Source: Neophaeotheca triangularis (lineage: Eukaryota). From it: a stretch of DNA of 64,000 nucleotides. Both the position numbers and the translations under genes were made by a program. The DNA lies in assembly GCA_054600435.1 (NCBI GenBank), contig BAAIJX010000005.1:62001-126000 (forward strand), in the 5' to 3' direction. Shown one piece after another: positions 33,062-45,010 of the stretch (position 1 is its first letter; each line of letters starts with the position of its first letter). The notes beneath the pieces are model-generated. The model was given only the letters and a program-made list of their open reading frames with translations. It ran no database searches and was not told the DNA's origin.

Positions 33062-35205
33062 CGGGGGGGGTTTTTTTGCTTGGTGTGGTGGGTTCGATTG
33101 AGAGAGTGTGTGGTTGACCTTGTTTGTAGCAGGACTTTGACAGCCTTTTTGCGGTAGTGTGGTATTGATAAGGAGGAAAAGAAAGCTTGGAATAGTAGCG
33201 GAATGTCCTACCTTAAGTACATGTTTTCAAAGTAGACCTACCTTGAGGCAGACGAGGCCGATGACTATGAATTGCAACAGCATCGCATTGGTAGGCGCAG
33301 ACAATGAGCCAGGGCCGCCTCTGGTAGCATGGCCACAACGGGCAACATTCATAAGAAGAGCCAGAGTTCACGCTATTCTTTCAGCGCCGTCAGAGGCTCC
33401 AAGGCTCAGCACTGTCTCTTGTCCGTCTGCCTTCGACTGCCTTCGAAAAGTCTGGTCCTTGAGGGGCTAACACGACGCTAGTTGGGTGGCAAAGGTGTTC
33501 GATACTATATTCCTCTGAGAGAGGAAGTCGGGTGGAAGCCTAGGGACCTGACGCTATGACCCGCATGAGGAGCGATGAATGGCCAACGACGGGCTGCGAG
33601 GCTGGTATGACGGCAGACAGAGAGATGCGGTCATTGATAGACGGCGAAGTGGTCAGAGACCAAGAGGTGGTTGAGGTTCGTCGTATTGCGATGACTGAGA
33701 GGAGCGGCCTCAGGCTCTGGGGAGGATTGATTTGTTGCCTACTGCTAAGAAGCTCCCGGGCCGGACGGACTGCTGCGATAGCAACAACAGGACGATTACA
33801 ACAAGCAGCGACTACAACAATACTGTGACTGTGACTTTGACTGTGAGAGAAGAGACACAGCGTGGCTTTGACGTTGCCCAAGTGTTGGTTACCTACGCCT
33901 ACCTACTATGTAACTAACGTCGAAGGAATGGGACCCACTTTCAGCGTGCTCAGCCCTGTGTGAATCCCCGCGGTAGGCTGCCTCAGCTGCACGACACCTC
34001 CCTCACATCATCGTCCCTGACAGATGCATCACCAACACGAATACTACTATGGAATACCATCAGATCCCTGCGACATTCTGAAACGCCGGCAGCGCTGCCC
34101 AATTGCATCAGGCTCGGCCGCGTACATTCAACCCGCCCTTCTTGACGGGGGCCGCCGTCGAGGACGGAAACCAACAGACAAGGCAGAGGGAAGGAAACGA
34201 CAGCCGCAGCTTCGGCCGTCTGCGCCATGCAAATTGCCTACGGGTGTCACGAGCATTCACTTTGGGCTCGGCAGCGTGACTACTGACGGACAGACATCTG
34301 CGCCTGGTACAGTAGCATATTGATATGTCGCTCGGTTGCAGAGCCTCCAAGAAGAGCCTCACGTTTTGGACCCCCACATTCGCAAGCGTCGGCACGATCG
34401 TTGCCCTCCTACGAGTCCTACCTCCCGCTCACTGATGCGGAAGGAATGGAGTAGGAGTCACGTGATGGCGTGACGTGGCACTAGGCCCGTGCATACCTGC
34501 ACTGCCTATAGCAGGTAGCTTCTTAGTAGATAGTTCTACCAAGTCACCTTCTTATGACACTTTGATATCACTCACCCTGCCTCTGGATCTTGGACTCTGG
34601 TCGACGGGATCCCGCCTAAATTGACCTATAGCGGCTTCACTCCGCAGCATTCGTGCATGCAAACGACTGCGTGCAAAGCAGAAAGACCGCTGTAACAGTG
34701 CCTTCGGCACACGCAGATCAACTGTCGACACGGCTCTATACGTTCTTTGAGTGTCCTCACCTTCTCAAGAACATTCTTATCGACACCGACAGTATGGAGC
34801 ACACAAGCCTCGTCCCGCCTGCCTCGTGCTCGTTTGCTGAGACTATACATATGAACGGGTACCTGCAACGCTATGCACTTCCATGCTTTTCGCAAGCTGT
34901 TTTTGATTGCCTGCATCGTTCCAGAGGCCAGAATCTCGTTTGTGCAAACAAGCGCTCTGGTGGCGGTCTCGTTCTGACCGTAAGAGCGTGATTGCAGTAC
35001 TTTCCACTTGCGCTCGCGGCTTCATACTTTGAGAAACTCCAGCTTCTTTATAAGATCGAGAGTGCTATCATCGCTCCTCCCTCGAAAACTTTGCGCCGTT
35101 ACTTATGGTGTTGAGCCTGCGTTATCATCACTCGTTGAGACAAGTTTCCAAGGCTGTTCCTGCTTCTACTTGACATAGCTGTTCGATCGGTCCTAGCAGC
35201 ACAGC

Positions 35206-37179
35206 ATGGTTCAACTCACTTGCGCACAATGTCAAGAGGAAGGTAAGCTCGCGTGCAAAAGCTGCCTGTTGGTGCTCGTAAGTCGTGTGCCACTAAGCTA
35301 TCAGTTTTGCATCGACAAGGCGCTAATTGCAGAAGTACTGTGGCCGCAATTGCCAGGAAAAGCACTGGACTGCCCATAAGCAGGACTGCAAGTCGCCGCT
35401 TACGAAACTTAAGTGGAAGCCACAATGGGAGGTGGAAGGCCGCGCACCGCTCTTCATCGGCGGACCACCAGTGACGATCCTTGGTGAGAACAAGTACCTG
35501 TGGGGTAACATACCAGCCTACGACGTCCTGAAGCTCGACGCCAATGAGGGTGCAAACTACGCCAAAGAGCTTCGCATTCTCTTTGCCGGTAAGGAAGCCT
35601 CTGAAGGCCGCAGGATTAGGTCGATTCGTAACTGATTCCCCGCGCAGCATCCGGAGACATACGTAACGTCGTGAAGACTCTTGCTTCGGTTCCCTCTACC
35701 TTCAAAGGAAAAATGATAGTCACCATCAATGATCTCGACTTTGACCTTGTCGCTAGAAACGCCGTCCTCCTGCTCATTGCCTTCGCCGCCGAGAGCCCAG
35801 AGAAAGCGGTTGATTGCATGATACACATCTGGTATTCCGCAAGCATAGGCCAGGAACATTCGAAGCTTTTACAAGGAGTGGTTCGCGAGTGTGTTCAAGA
35901 CGTGTGCACGAAGATCGAAACCAAGCCCGCCGGGACCCTCCTGGGCAAGACCTGGGAGTTCAAAATGCAAGGCTCTTTGCGGTTGGTACTCCCGAAAGAA
36001 CAATGGTTCAAGCTGCTCAAGTACTTTGAGTGCCCAAAAGACTTGACACTATCGCGTGCGGAGGAAGCACGCAAAGCCATAACGCTCGCCCATGAGCGCA
36101 GAGACCACCGGGACCGGAGTCTGTTTGCTCAACCACCAGGCGTCAGAGTTGCCAAAGCCCGCTTCCGCGAAGATGGAATTCTCCTCCCCTTTGGTCAATC
36201 GAGGAAGCGCTTCACCCAACCCAATCCAACCCTGTTCTTCAGCCAACGGTGGCCACTCAAAGACTCAGCCGACCCTCTCGATGGCTGGAGGCATCAGGAC
36301 CTGCAAAATTCTTCATACGGCGCAGCTCGCAACGACATCTACGGCAGCCTATTCAATCATCTCGAGACAGCTTTATTGGCCTTCCTTGAATGTGTCAACT
36401 CGCACGCCGTCCATTTTGAACTCTTCAACGTGAACGCAGAGAAACTCAACGAGCAGCTGCAAGACAGCTCATACGCACGGGTCGAGGTAGGAAACCGAAT
36501 CCCCCTCCCAGCGAAGCAAAGCAACCACACTAAAGATCAATGTCAGGTTTCGAACATCTCAGACCTGTGGTGTCTCGGCCCAGGAAAAACGGCAGCATGC
36601 CTCGGGCGCTTCCTACAGAGCCCAGACTTGAATCCACACGCTACTCTTATCACGCTCTTCATGAACGCAGTAGCGGAGACGTCGACGATGCTAGACCGAC
36701 TAACGGCTGAGAAGACTGAGAGGGTCAAAGTTCTCGAGTATATGCCCCCAATATCATCTTCGGGAACGCTCTTCGGGGCCCAAGAGTTGATGAACGATAT
36801 GGCGAGGGACCTGGTCCGTGACAATGACAAGTATTTTGACCGGTAAGCGTAAATACTTCTCCAGAACAGTGGAATTAAATCATTGACGCAGCCTAGGTTC
36901 ATGGAACGACATGGTTTCAAAGACATTGAACGAAACATGGGCATCGTCATCAAAGATTGCCACACCATCATCGGCAAATGGCCCATGAGGCTCCAAAGGC
37001 AACCCCACCAGCAAGGTGCGGTGGCGGAGTTCAGAGGCCTGCTCGCTTCCGCGCATACCGGTGCGGAACGTTACGTCGAGTGGAGGAAAGCATGGAACTG
37101 GAAGCAGCATCTTCCCCATGCAATTGCCGTCATGACAAAAGCTGAAGGGAACGCTGCGGAGACACGAGCAAAGAAGTAA
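35206..37179 (+). CDS. MYND zinc-finger plus DUF4470 protein (exons 35206-35277, 35333 or 35336-35588, 35648-36486, 36547-36842, 36897-37179)
   Basis: Spliced product reads CAQC..ACKSC..YCGRNCQEKHW..HKQDC (MYND), then YLWGNIPA, LFAASGDIRNVVKT, VARNAVLLL, IHIWYSA and VSNISD. All four introns are GT-AG. Confidence 0.88.
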
Positions 37180-37238
37180 TTCTCTGTCATGGTCCTAGCT
37201 TTCTTCTGTAGTCTATTCGCAGCACAACACGCACCACA

Positions 37239-40200
37239 TCAGGCATTCTTACGCCTCTTCTGGTCATGATCTTCCTCATCATCCTCCATCTCCTCGTCCT
37301 CTTCCTCAGTCTCATCCTCGCTCTCAGTCTCATCCCCCTCATCCTCCCCATCCGGACTCTCCAATCCATAATCATCCTGGAAAGAATCCAAAGCCCTAAC
37401 CTCAATCTCGAAGCCCTCTTCCCTGAACCTCCGCTCCAACCCCTCCCTCATAAGCGTGCTACATGTGACCATCAAGTTCGCCGACTCGGGCCTGAGCGCA
37501 GGGACCATATACTTAGCCATGACATCCCTGACCTGCTGCGGGCCGACATCGCGAATATTGGGCAGCATCTGATGATTCCAGTCCTTGGCGATAGCTCTCA
37601 AGACTTGATTGGAGTAGCTGAGAGCCGCGGCGCTAGCCATGGTCGGCTGCTCGTTGGCCATGTTGAGGACGATTTCGCTGACGGCGCCCTCGAGGGCGAA
37701 TTTGTTCAGTTCGAGACGGCCAGAGGCGTAGCCCTCGACTTGCTCGCGAGAGGCCAGGTAGGCTTTGAAAGCGTCCGGGCTGCGGCTGATGCTGTACGAG
37801 AGCTTGCCGATGTCGAGCGCTTTGGCCCAGGACATGCCGTAGGCGAGCCCGGAGCCGCGGACTGCTACCCACAAGGGACCTTCGACGGCGTCCATGTAGC
37901 TTTGGGCCACGAGAAGGGCGGGAAGGTCAGGGTGGTCGTGAGAGCTCGGGCCTTGACCCGTGAAGATTGCGAATGAGGAGTCAATGGTGGCCATGGGGAT
38001 GATGTAGGCGGCTGAGCCTGGGTTGCGGCCGATGGCGCTCATGGCATTTTTGCGGCTGTCGAGGGGGGTGAGGGCCGCGGTTGGTTGGTCGTGCGTGAGT
38101 TGATTCCAGGCCGAGACTGGGTTGGGAAGTTTGTGCATGTCGGCTGCGACGAAGATTCGGAAGTTTTCTGGGCGGTGCAGGGCGTTGCAGAGTTTGGCAA
38201 AGCTGTCTAGAACGGCTTTCTCGTCTGTCTTGAGGAGTTTGCGCAGGCGCCGGAGGTAGAGGGCTTTTGATAGGGTCGTGCGTGCTCTGATGCTGGACCT
38301 GCGGTCAAAGTCTACCATGTAGCCTGCTGCGTAGGCCATCGAGTGTCCGTCGCGCTTTTCGTCCGCGATGTCGGCTATGAGTTTGGTGAGCGAGGCTTGC
38401 AGGCGGACGGGATCATGTATAGCATCGTAAAGCATGGTGCGTAGCCAGCTAATGACTTTATCGTAGCTCTCGGGTTCAGTCTCGATGCTCAGAGACAATA
38501 GCTCAGAGTTGCCCCGAGCTGAACCAATGTCATAGTTGATCGTCTCTTGCTCGAAAGCAAGTACGACGTCCTCGAACTCCAAACGCCTGCCCTCGCGCAT
38601 CACAGGGCTTGTGAAAAAGTTCATCATGTATAGAGACAGGAGCGGCTTCAATTCATCGGGCAAAGCGCCAGTGCACATTTGCAGCTTGATGCGAGCGAAG
38701 TTGGAAGTGATGTTCTCGAAGTGTAAGAACAGAGGCGAGTCAGCGTCATCTTTGTCGACGATCTTTTGAATACCATTGTCCAGCTTGCCCATCTGCTTTG
38801 CAGTACCCGCCCGGGCACTGGTGGTCGTGATGAATTTGATCGACTCTGTCTCCGGGATGGGAAACTGCTCGAGTACTTCGTCAGGAATCGGCTTGTCGTT
38901 CTCTTCTTTGGCTGCGTTCAGCTTCTCTGCAAGCTTCTTGAAACCTTCCTCACCCAGACGATCTTGCTGGGCTTTAACTCTCTCCTTGTCGTCCTTCTCG
39001 AGCTTCTCCTGAAACTTAGCAGACGGTACGCCGAGAACAGAGACGTGAGGTGCATCCGATAGCCACTTCGACATGAAATCCCTCCAGTCTTTGTCCGTCC
39101 ACTGAAACAAGCTGTCCAAGTCTGCCAAAGTTTCCAAAGGCTTGAGGTCCCGGCCATCTCGTTTACCGAAGAGGTGGTCCGTAATGACAGGCTGCGCCAC
39201 TGCGTCTCCTCCGTCTTCGCTGGTCAGAATCACTCGTCGTCGGTTTCGTTTGATACAGTCGTTCATGTAGCTCATGTCAAGCTCCTTGCTAGCAGTCTCG
39301 CTGAGCAAGTCGATAACCCTTTTCTCCACAGTCTCCAGCTGCTCTGTCTCCACTGCGGTCAATTGAAACCAGATCAGTGTCTCCGTCTTGAAATCGGTAG
39401 TGTAAACGATGTCGCTGCACAGCTGCTCCTTCTCCACCAGGGTGTTGTCAAGAATACAAATCGAGGAACCGCAGAGGTAAGCAAGCAAGACCATGAGCGC
39501 AGCGTTGCCTATGTGATCGTCGTACTTGGGACCGAAGTAACCCAGCAGAATCTCGCCCATCGACTCGTCTTGCTCGGGGAACTCGACTCTCTCAACAATG
39601 CTCTGCTTCAGCGGAGGCGTCGGTTTCGAGTCCACCCAAGGCCGCCTAAATGGCTCGTCGATCTTTGGTACATCGTCGATAATCGAGTCCTCAAAGCGAT
39701 CCAGAAGCTGCAGCAACTCCGGCTGATCGACTTTTCCAGTCAACACAAGACACAGATTCTTCGGCTGGTACATCTCCTTGTGAAAAGCGCGAATGCGATC
39801 AGCGCTCAGGACCCGCAAATGCTCCATCTTACCACCGGTCTCATATCTGTACCCGCTTCCTTCGGGGTAGAGCAGACGCCTAGCGGCCAGATCCATCAGC
39901 TCGGTCGAGTCATTCTGCACCCCTTGCATCTCCGAGTACACGACGCCTGTATCGTGGCCGGTGGGATCGACATGGTGCACTTCCGTGTAGCAAGCCGCGT
40001 CTGTGAGCGTAGGTACGATGAGATGCTCCAAATAGACAGGCAAAATCTGCTTGAAACCCGCCCACCCGGCCGTCTCAAGGGTGTAACCCGTCTGCTCGGT
40101 CATGGTCCAGGCGTTGGTCATACTGAAAGCTCTCGCGGCGAGTTTGTCCAATAAACCCTTGTAGTGGTAAGTCTTGGAGCCCATGAAGACGAGATGCTCA

Positions 40201-40403
40201 AGCGTGTGCGGTGCGCCAGAGTCATCGTGGATCTCGGTCGCGAGCATGAAGAAGCCGCAGACTTTGGGGCTCTCGTGGTCCACGACGGCCACGCGCATGC
40301 CGGTTCTGGTGGATTCATATTGGGTCAGTCCCACAGGTGCGTAGTCGAGGTTTAATTCTTGCACGGTTTTGAAGTGAGTCGACGCTCCGTTGGTGCCGTT
40401 CAT
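37239..40403 (-). CDS. M16 (pitrilysin/PreP-like) zinc metallopeptidase, YOL098C/SDD3-like subfamily
   Basis: Inverted zinc motif GAPHTLEH, NAWT, GVVYSEMQG, YRYETGG, GPLWVAVRGSGLAYG and an acidic tail. First ATG is 40403 (40433 is GTG). Confidence 0.92.
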   Translation of the reverse strand: MNGTNGASTHFKTVQELNLDYAPVGLTQYESTRTGMRVAVVDHESPKVCGFFMLATEIHDDSGAPHTLEHLVFMGSKTYHYKGLLDKLAARAFSMTNAWTMTEQTGYTLETAGWAGFKQILPVYLEHLIVPTLTDAACYTEVHHVDPTGHDTGVVYSEMQGVQNDSTELMDLAARRLLYPEGSGYRYETGGKMEHLRVLSADRIRAFHKEMYQPKNLCLVLTGKVDQPELLQLLDRFEDSIIDDVPKIDEPFRRPWVDSKPTPPLKQSIVERVEFPEQDESMGEILLGYFGPKYDDHIGNAALMVLLAYLCGSSICILDNTLVEKEQLCSDIVYTTDFKTETLIWFQLTAVETEQLETVEKRVIDLLSETASKELDMSYMNDCIKRNRRRVILTSEDGGDAVAQPVITDHLFGKRDGRDLKPLETLADLDSLFQWTDKDWRDFMSKWLSDAPHVSVLGVPSAKFQEKLEKDDKERVKAQQDRLGEEGFKKLAEKLNAAKEENDKPIPDEVLEQFPIPETESIKFITTTSARAGTAKQMGKLDNGIQKIVDKDDADSPLFLHFENITSNFARIKLQMCTGALPDELKPLLSLYMMNFFTSPVMREGRRLEFEDVVLAFEQETINYDIGSARGNSELLSLSIETEPESYDKVISWLRTMLYDAIHDPVRLQASLTKLIADIADEKRDGHSMAYAAGYMVDFDRRSSIRARTTLSKALYLRRLRKLLKTDEKAVLDSFAKLCNALHRPENFRIFVAADMHKLPNPVSAWNQLTHDQPTAALTPLDSRKNAMSAIGRNPGSAAYIIPMATIDSSFAIFTGQGPSSHDHPDLPALLVAQSYMDAVEGPLWVAVRGSGLAYGMSWAKALDIGKLSYSISRSPDAFKAYLASREQVEGYASGRLELNKFALEGAVSEIVLNMANEQPTMASAAALSYSNQVLRAIAKDWNHQMLPNIRDVGPQQVRDVMAKYMVPALRPESANLMVTCSTLMREGLERRFREEGFEIEVRALDSFQDDYGLESPDGEDEGDETESEDETEEEDEEMEDDEEDHDQKRRKNA

Positions 40404-41158
40404 GGTGGCGATGGGGAACGGTTCGTTCGACACCGGACTGGAAATGTCGTGGGAAAACCCGCGCCGAGACGCTCTTGGCTTTTTGACTTTGTTTCTTGAT
40501 ATCTCAAATGGTCTCCCGAGGTTTAATTTCAGACAATTCTTTGTCTTCTTGCGTATGTGGCGGTGGAGGGAGTATGGGCTTCCGAGAGAAAGTCGTCAAT
40601 CGTCCGAAAAACAGCCCCCAGGGATGGTGGTACCTGCTTTCCTATTACCTAGGCACACTGTATCTTTGTTGTGTTCTTTGAGTATCTCGTCACTTGTGTT
40701 TATGTGTCTTGGAGTACAGGTGTGATGAGTACCGAAATCTGAAAGAGTCGAATTCTGACGCCACTTCCCGACTTCACTGCGGTCGATCCGACCTTGATCG
40801 AAATTCGCACCCGTTGTTTGCACACAACGCTTACAGCTCGAGGCTTGCTATGTATGAGCTAATACTTCATAAACTATCTAATCGGTCCTAAGAGATGAAG
40901 ATGTTGACAGTGGCTATGAAAATCACGAATACCGCAGCGGTCCCTGCGCTTATAACCAAGCCAGAACGTAGATTGTAAACCTGATACACAGGATGCTGTA
41001 GTACGGAGCTGTAGTACCTTGGCTACAGTATAGGCTACATGATAATAGTCACACCCAAAGCCAATGCCATGCTTTTTGAGTTGTGCCTCACAAAGAGCGG
41101 CAATTCAAACGCCTCATTACGCCAGTCTACCCAGAGGATGCGCACCCAAGAGCGACCT

Positions 41159-42715
41159 CTATGCAACAGTCGCAGTCTTCGTCTTCTTGGCGACGGGGAT
41201 CTCGGCCTCAGCGTCGGCGTCGTCGTCCAAATACCTCTTCTCGCCTTCCTTCTCGAGCTCCTTCTCCTTCTGCACAAACAGCTTCTTCTCGTCCTTGGTC
41301 AGCGAAAGCAGCTCCTTCTCCTGCTCGTTATGCAGGTTGTCGTAGAAGTTGCGGAGGACGTTGTCTACGTCGTCGGCGGCCAGCTCCCTCACGTCACCCA
41401 TAGTCTTGATCTTGACCGTGACGGCCTTCATCTGCGCGTCGGTCATGTTCAAGTTGAGTTGCTCGGCACGCGACTTGATGGCGTTCCAGCCTGTGAGGCG
41501 AGATGTGAAGTTAACATATCTCGTCAGGCCAAAGTCCTGAGGGTCGATGATCTCGTAGGTCGAGGGGTTGTTGAGGATGGCCTTAGCGTGAATGCCGGCC
41601 TTGTGGGTGAATGCGCAGAAGCCTGTGACGTAGTTGTTGAAGGGCATGTTGACCTTGACGGCACTGGCGATGAGGTTGTCGATCTCCTTGAGAGTCTCCA
41701 GCTTGTACTTGCCCTTCACGTAGTCGCGGTCGGCGACAATCATACGGGCCATCAGGCCACCGAGAGGGGTGATACCGTTACGCTCGCCGATACCTAGGAC
41801 TGAAGTGTCGATATGGGTCGCACCGGCCTCAAGGGCACAGTAGGCGTTCGCAATAGCGCAGCCAGTGTCGTTGTGAAAGTGTGTCTCAATGTCGCAGCTA
41901 ACAACACCACGAAGCGTGCGTACGAGATCGTAAACCTGGCGAGGAGTGGCGCAGCTTCTTCGCGTTAGCAAATTGTAGTCTCGGATCATAAGAGGGTTGT
42001 ACTCACCCAACAGTGTCGGCAATACCGACTCTGTGAACCCCGACCTTGTCTACAGCCGAGTAGAGAGAGAGGAGATCGACCAGGTTACTGCGGAAAGAGT
42101 CCTCGGAGCTGAATCTGATCTCCTTGCCAGTCGACTTGACGTACTCGATAACCTCAATCGCAGTGTTCTTGATGTATGTCATGTCCTTGCCGTGCGAGTG
42201 CTCCATCAAATGGCTGCTCGTGCCAATCACAACATCTACACCGTCCACACCAGTCTCAACTGCCAGCTTGGCATCGGCCATGTTACACCTCACGTGAGTC
42301 AGGATTTTGGCCTTGAGTCCGAGGTTGGCAATGGCGATGCAGTCGAGCCTGGATTGCTCACTTGCGGCGGGAGAGGTGAGCTCGATGTAGTCGACGCCGA
42401 ATTCGTCCAGCTTCTTGGCGATCTTGATCTTGGTCTCGGTGTCGAAGTAGGCGTTGGCAAATTGCTCACCCTCGCGAAGAGTGGACTCGATGACCTTGAA
42501 GCGCGAGACATTGCTGAGGTAGTCGCCCACAGGTGCGTAGGGGTTGCTAGACTGAGGACGGGACGCTTGGTTGGTCTCGAAGCCGCTACTCTGGAGGTAA
42601 GTGGATGCTGCGGTATTTGCTATAGAAGCAATACGAACCTGTAGCCCTCGTGGTTGCCGTTCGTGCCATTTGAGTGGCCATTGGTGCCGTTGGTGTTGGC
42701 CGCCGACGGGGACAT
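41159..42715 (-). CDS. LYS21: Homocitrate synthase (exons 42715-42639, 42585-42007, 41954-41159)
   Basis: [32 protein letters not shown] (joined across intron 42006-41955), HFHNDTG and HKAGIHAKA. Confidence 0.96.
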
Positions 42716-42823
42716 GCTGGCGGTGTGCTGTCGGGGCTCTAGGTGGGAAGAAAAAGAGTGCTGAACCAGGAGAAGAAGGTGTATTTGATGAGGTAGTGGG
42801 GGGATATATGGGAGCTGCTTGAG

Positions 42824-42830
42824 TGAGTCA
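42824..42830 (-). promoter_or_regulatory. Gcn4/CpcA response element TGACTCA
   Basis: Perfect heptamer about 110 nt upstream of the homocitrate synthase ATG; CACGTGAC also at 43066-43073. Confidence 0.55.
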
Positions 42831-43599
42831 ACCTTGGGGTTAAAAAAGGTACAAGTAGTAGTATGGCAAAGTGTGAGTCGAAGATGGATGTGAGAAGTGG
42901 AACGTGCAAATGTGAAGTGAGGTTCCCAGTAACCGAGAGCAAAACGCGAGCGCCGGCATTGGTAAGATGCCCAGATGACGAAAAATCCAACTAGCGCAAG
43001 CACCCCAGAGCCAAGCAGAGCGAAATCGGCAACAAAAGAGCGAGGCCCGCAGCGAGGCCGCTGGACACGTGACCTCGACAAGACAAAGGGTCACTAAGCC
43101 CTTGGTCCATACTGAGGCATCAATAACGCGGAAATACCGGAAATGCTTTCCTAAAGAAGAATCGTCTGTCAAGAATCTCAAAAGTACATCTTCACCTCAC
43201 AACTCCCACCTCCTATGCTCCTATGTGAGCATGACCGAGCTCAGCCCACTTCACTACGCTCTTCTTTAAACTGCCCCAGGTCGAGGCGTTGCGAGGCACA
43301 GCCAGTAGTGAAGCAGATGCTTTTCCGGATTGAGAAGACGCGCCTAAATTCCATTCTCTTTCAGACGGCACTGGAAAGCTTGATCCCCTAATGCCTCGAC
43401 AACCACATCTAGTCTCGAAGACCAATCCCTGGCATACCAGATAGACACCATACCTAAGCTTTGGCGTCCAACGAGTGAGTATTGTAAGATACGATGGTAA
43501 AAGCGTGGCGAACCATGAGGCACAGCCAACAGCAACTTAAGAGTCTATCTCTTCATGTCAAAATCAGTCCATTCCCCCAAAACAACAAAATACCACTCT

Positions 43600-44042
43600 C
43601 TACTTCATATTCGCCCCACTAGTACTCTCAACATTCACCTGTTCACCCTTAATCCCCTTTTCCCCGGGCTGGTTAGAGGCGTTGTCGATACCGACATTCG
43701 TAGACCCCGAGTCGGAAGCCACAGGCGCTTTGCCGGGGACTTTGTCGACGGTGTCGCCTTCGGTGCGGCCAGGGGCGTTGTCGGCGCCGAGGCCTTGTTC
43801 TAAGAAAGGAGTTAGAGATAGTTTTGGTGGTCGGTGGCGAGGGGTATGGGGGGATCGGGATGGGAGGTGCGGTGGAGTTGGGGTTTGGTTTGTTGGGAAG
43901 GACAGGAAGAAGGGCTTACTCTGCGCTTCTTGCTTTTGGAACTTGGCTGAGGCTGCTTGGCCGCCGCTGGGAAGGAGGTTAGTTCTGGGTGTTGCTCTTG
44001 CGGGAGGTTTTGAGGCGATGCTTACGGGGTCTTGGATGCCAT
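43600..44042 (-). CDS. 87-aa hydrophilic protein absent from the ORF track (exons 44042-44026, 43966-43920, 43799-43600)
   Basis: ACAATGG start and two GTAAGC..CTAAC..YAG introns; exon lengths 17+47+200=264 nt give MASKTPGGQAASAKFQKQEAQKQGLGADNAPGRTEGD...STSGANMK*. Confidence 0.8.
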
Positions 44043-45010
44043 TGTGGAGGGAGGTGGTGGCGTTTGTTGGACTTGAATCAATTTAAGCCGGACTAGGGTT
44101 GATCAGATTGGTTGTGTGTTTTCTTCTGAAAATAAAGCGTTTGAGTATGGTAGGAGATCAGTGTTTATAGGAGCGGGCTCGTCGTTGATAAAACCATCGT
44201 ACGTCCCAATGTAGGCAGTCGAGACGTCATGTTCAGCGTGACATCACGTAGTGTAAGAGGGTCTTTGGTAGGGAGGTGTGGACTTTGAACCACTCCTGCG
44301 TGCCTGTCTGTTTTGACCTCATCCTGTGGACTGTTACGATAAGTAGGGAAACGTATGTCTGAGGCCTCTTCTACGGTAATAAGAGTGGTGTTTGGTTTCG
44401 CGATGTTGCTCTTCTCCCCCCCCCCCCCCCGGTCTCGAAGCATAGACAGCTTCCGCAACACTCGCACCCAAAGACGCCCAGTAATCTGTAAATGAAGACA
44501 AGAGATAGATAACTCTGTCCATGCTTCCAAAAGTGGAGCTACGTTCACAGCAGCAAAATGGAAGGCCCTACCGTACATCTGAACCATTAGCTAGCGTGTA
44601 AGACTCGTGAGAAGTCGGCAGCTGCGCTGAGAGGGGAGTGAAGTTCATCTTGGCTGAGTAACTAGTCCACGTGGCTCTGAACCACTTCCACATCCATACC
44701 AAGGTAGTCTTGTTCGGTACTCATGGGAAACGAAGAGGCTTGACCTTGAAGCCGGACGGAATTCTTAGGAAGAACTAGGGCACTGTGAAGGAAAGATCAA
44801 GTGAAAGCTTGCATGCTTCTATGAGACACGGGGAATTGAGTAAATGTCGCATTCGCTGTACGACTACGGTCTCATTCTCGATCGAAACATCGCTCGATGT
44901 ACGCACGCAAGTGATGCTAGCACGCATAGACCACTTTTCCGACTCCCCGCCCCATCATACACCAAACCAGTCGAACCCTCAAGATCAGCAGCAACAGCGA
45001 CCAACTCCGC

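Noticed and set aside
33485..33493. GGTGGCAAA (Rpn4/PACE site) upstream of the PQPRDPG gene
   Set aside because: Single 9-mer that could occur by chance in 64 kb; no link to a proteasome gene here.
33540..35000. Possible exon fragments and ORFs (33732, 33960, 34024, 34653)
   Set aside because: A branch/acceptor-like signal exists near 33914-33925, but I could not assemble a start-to-stop model or recognise a domain.
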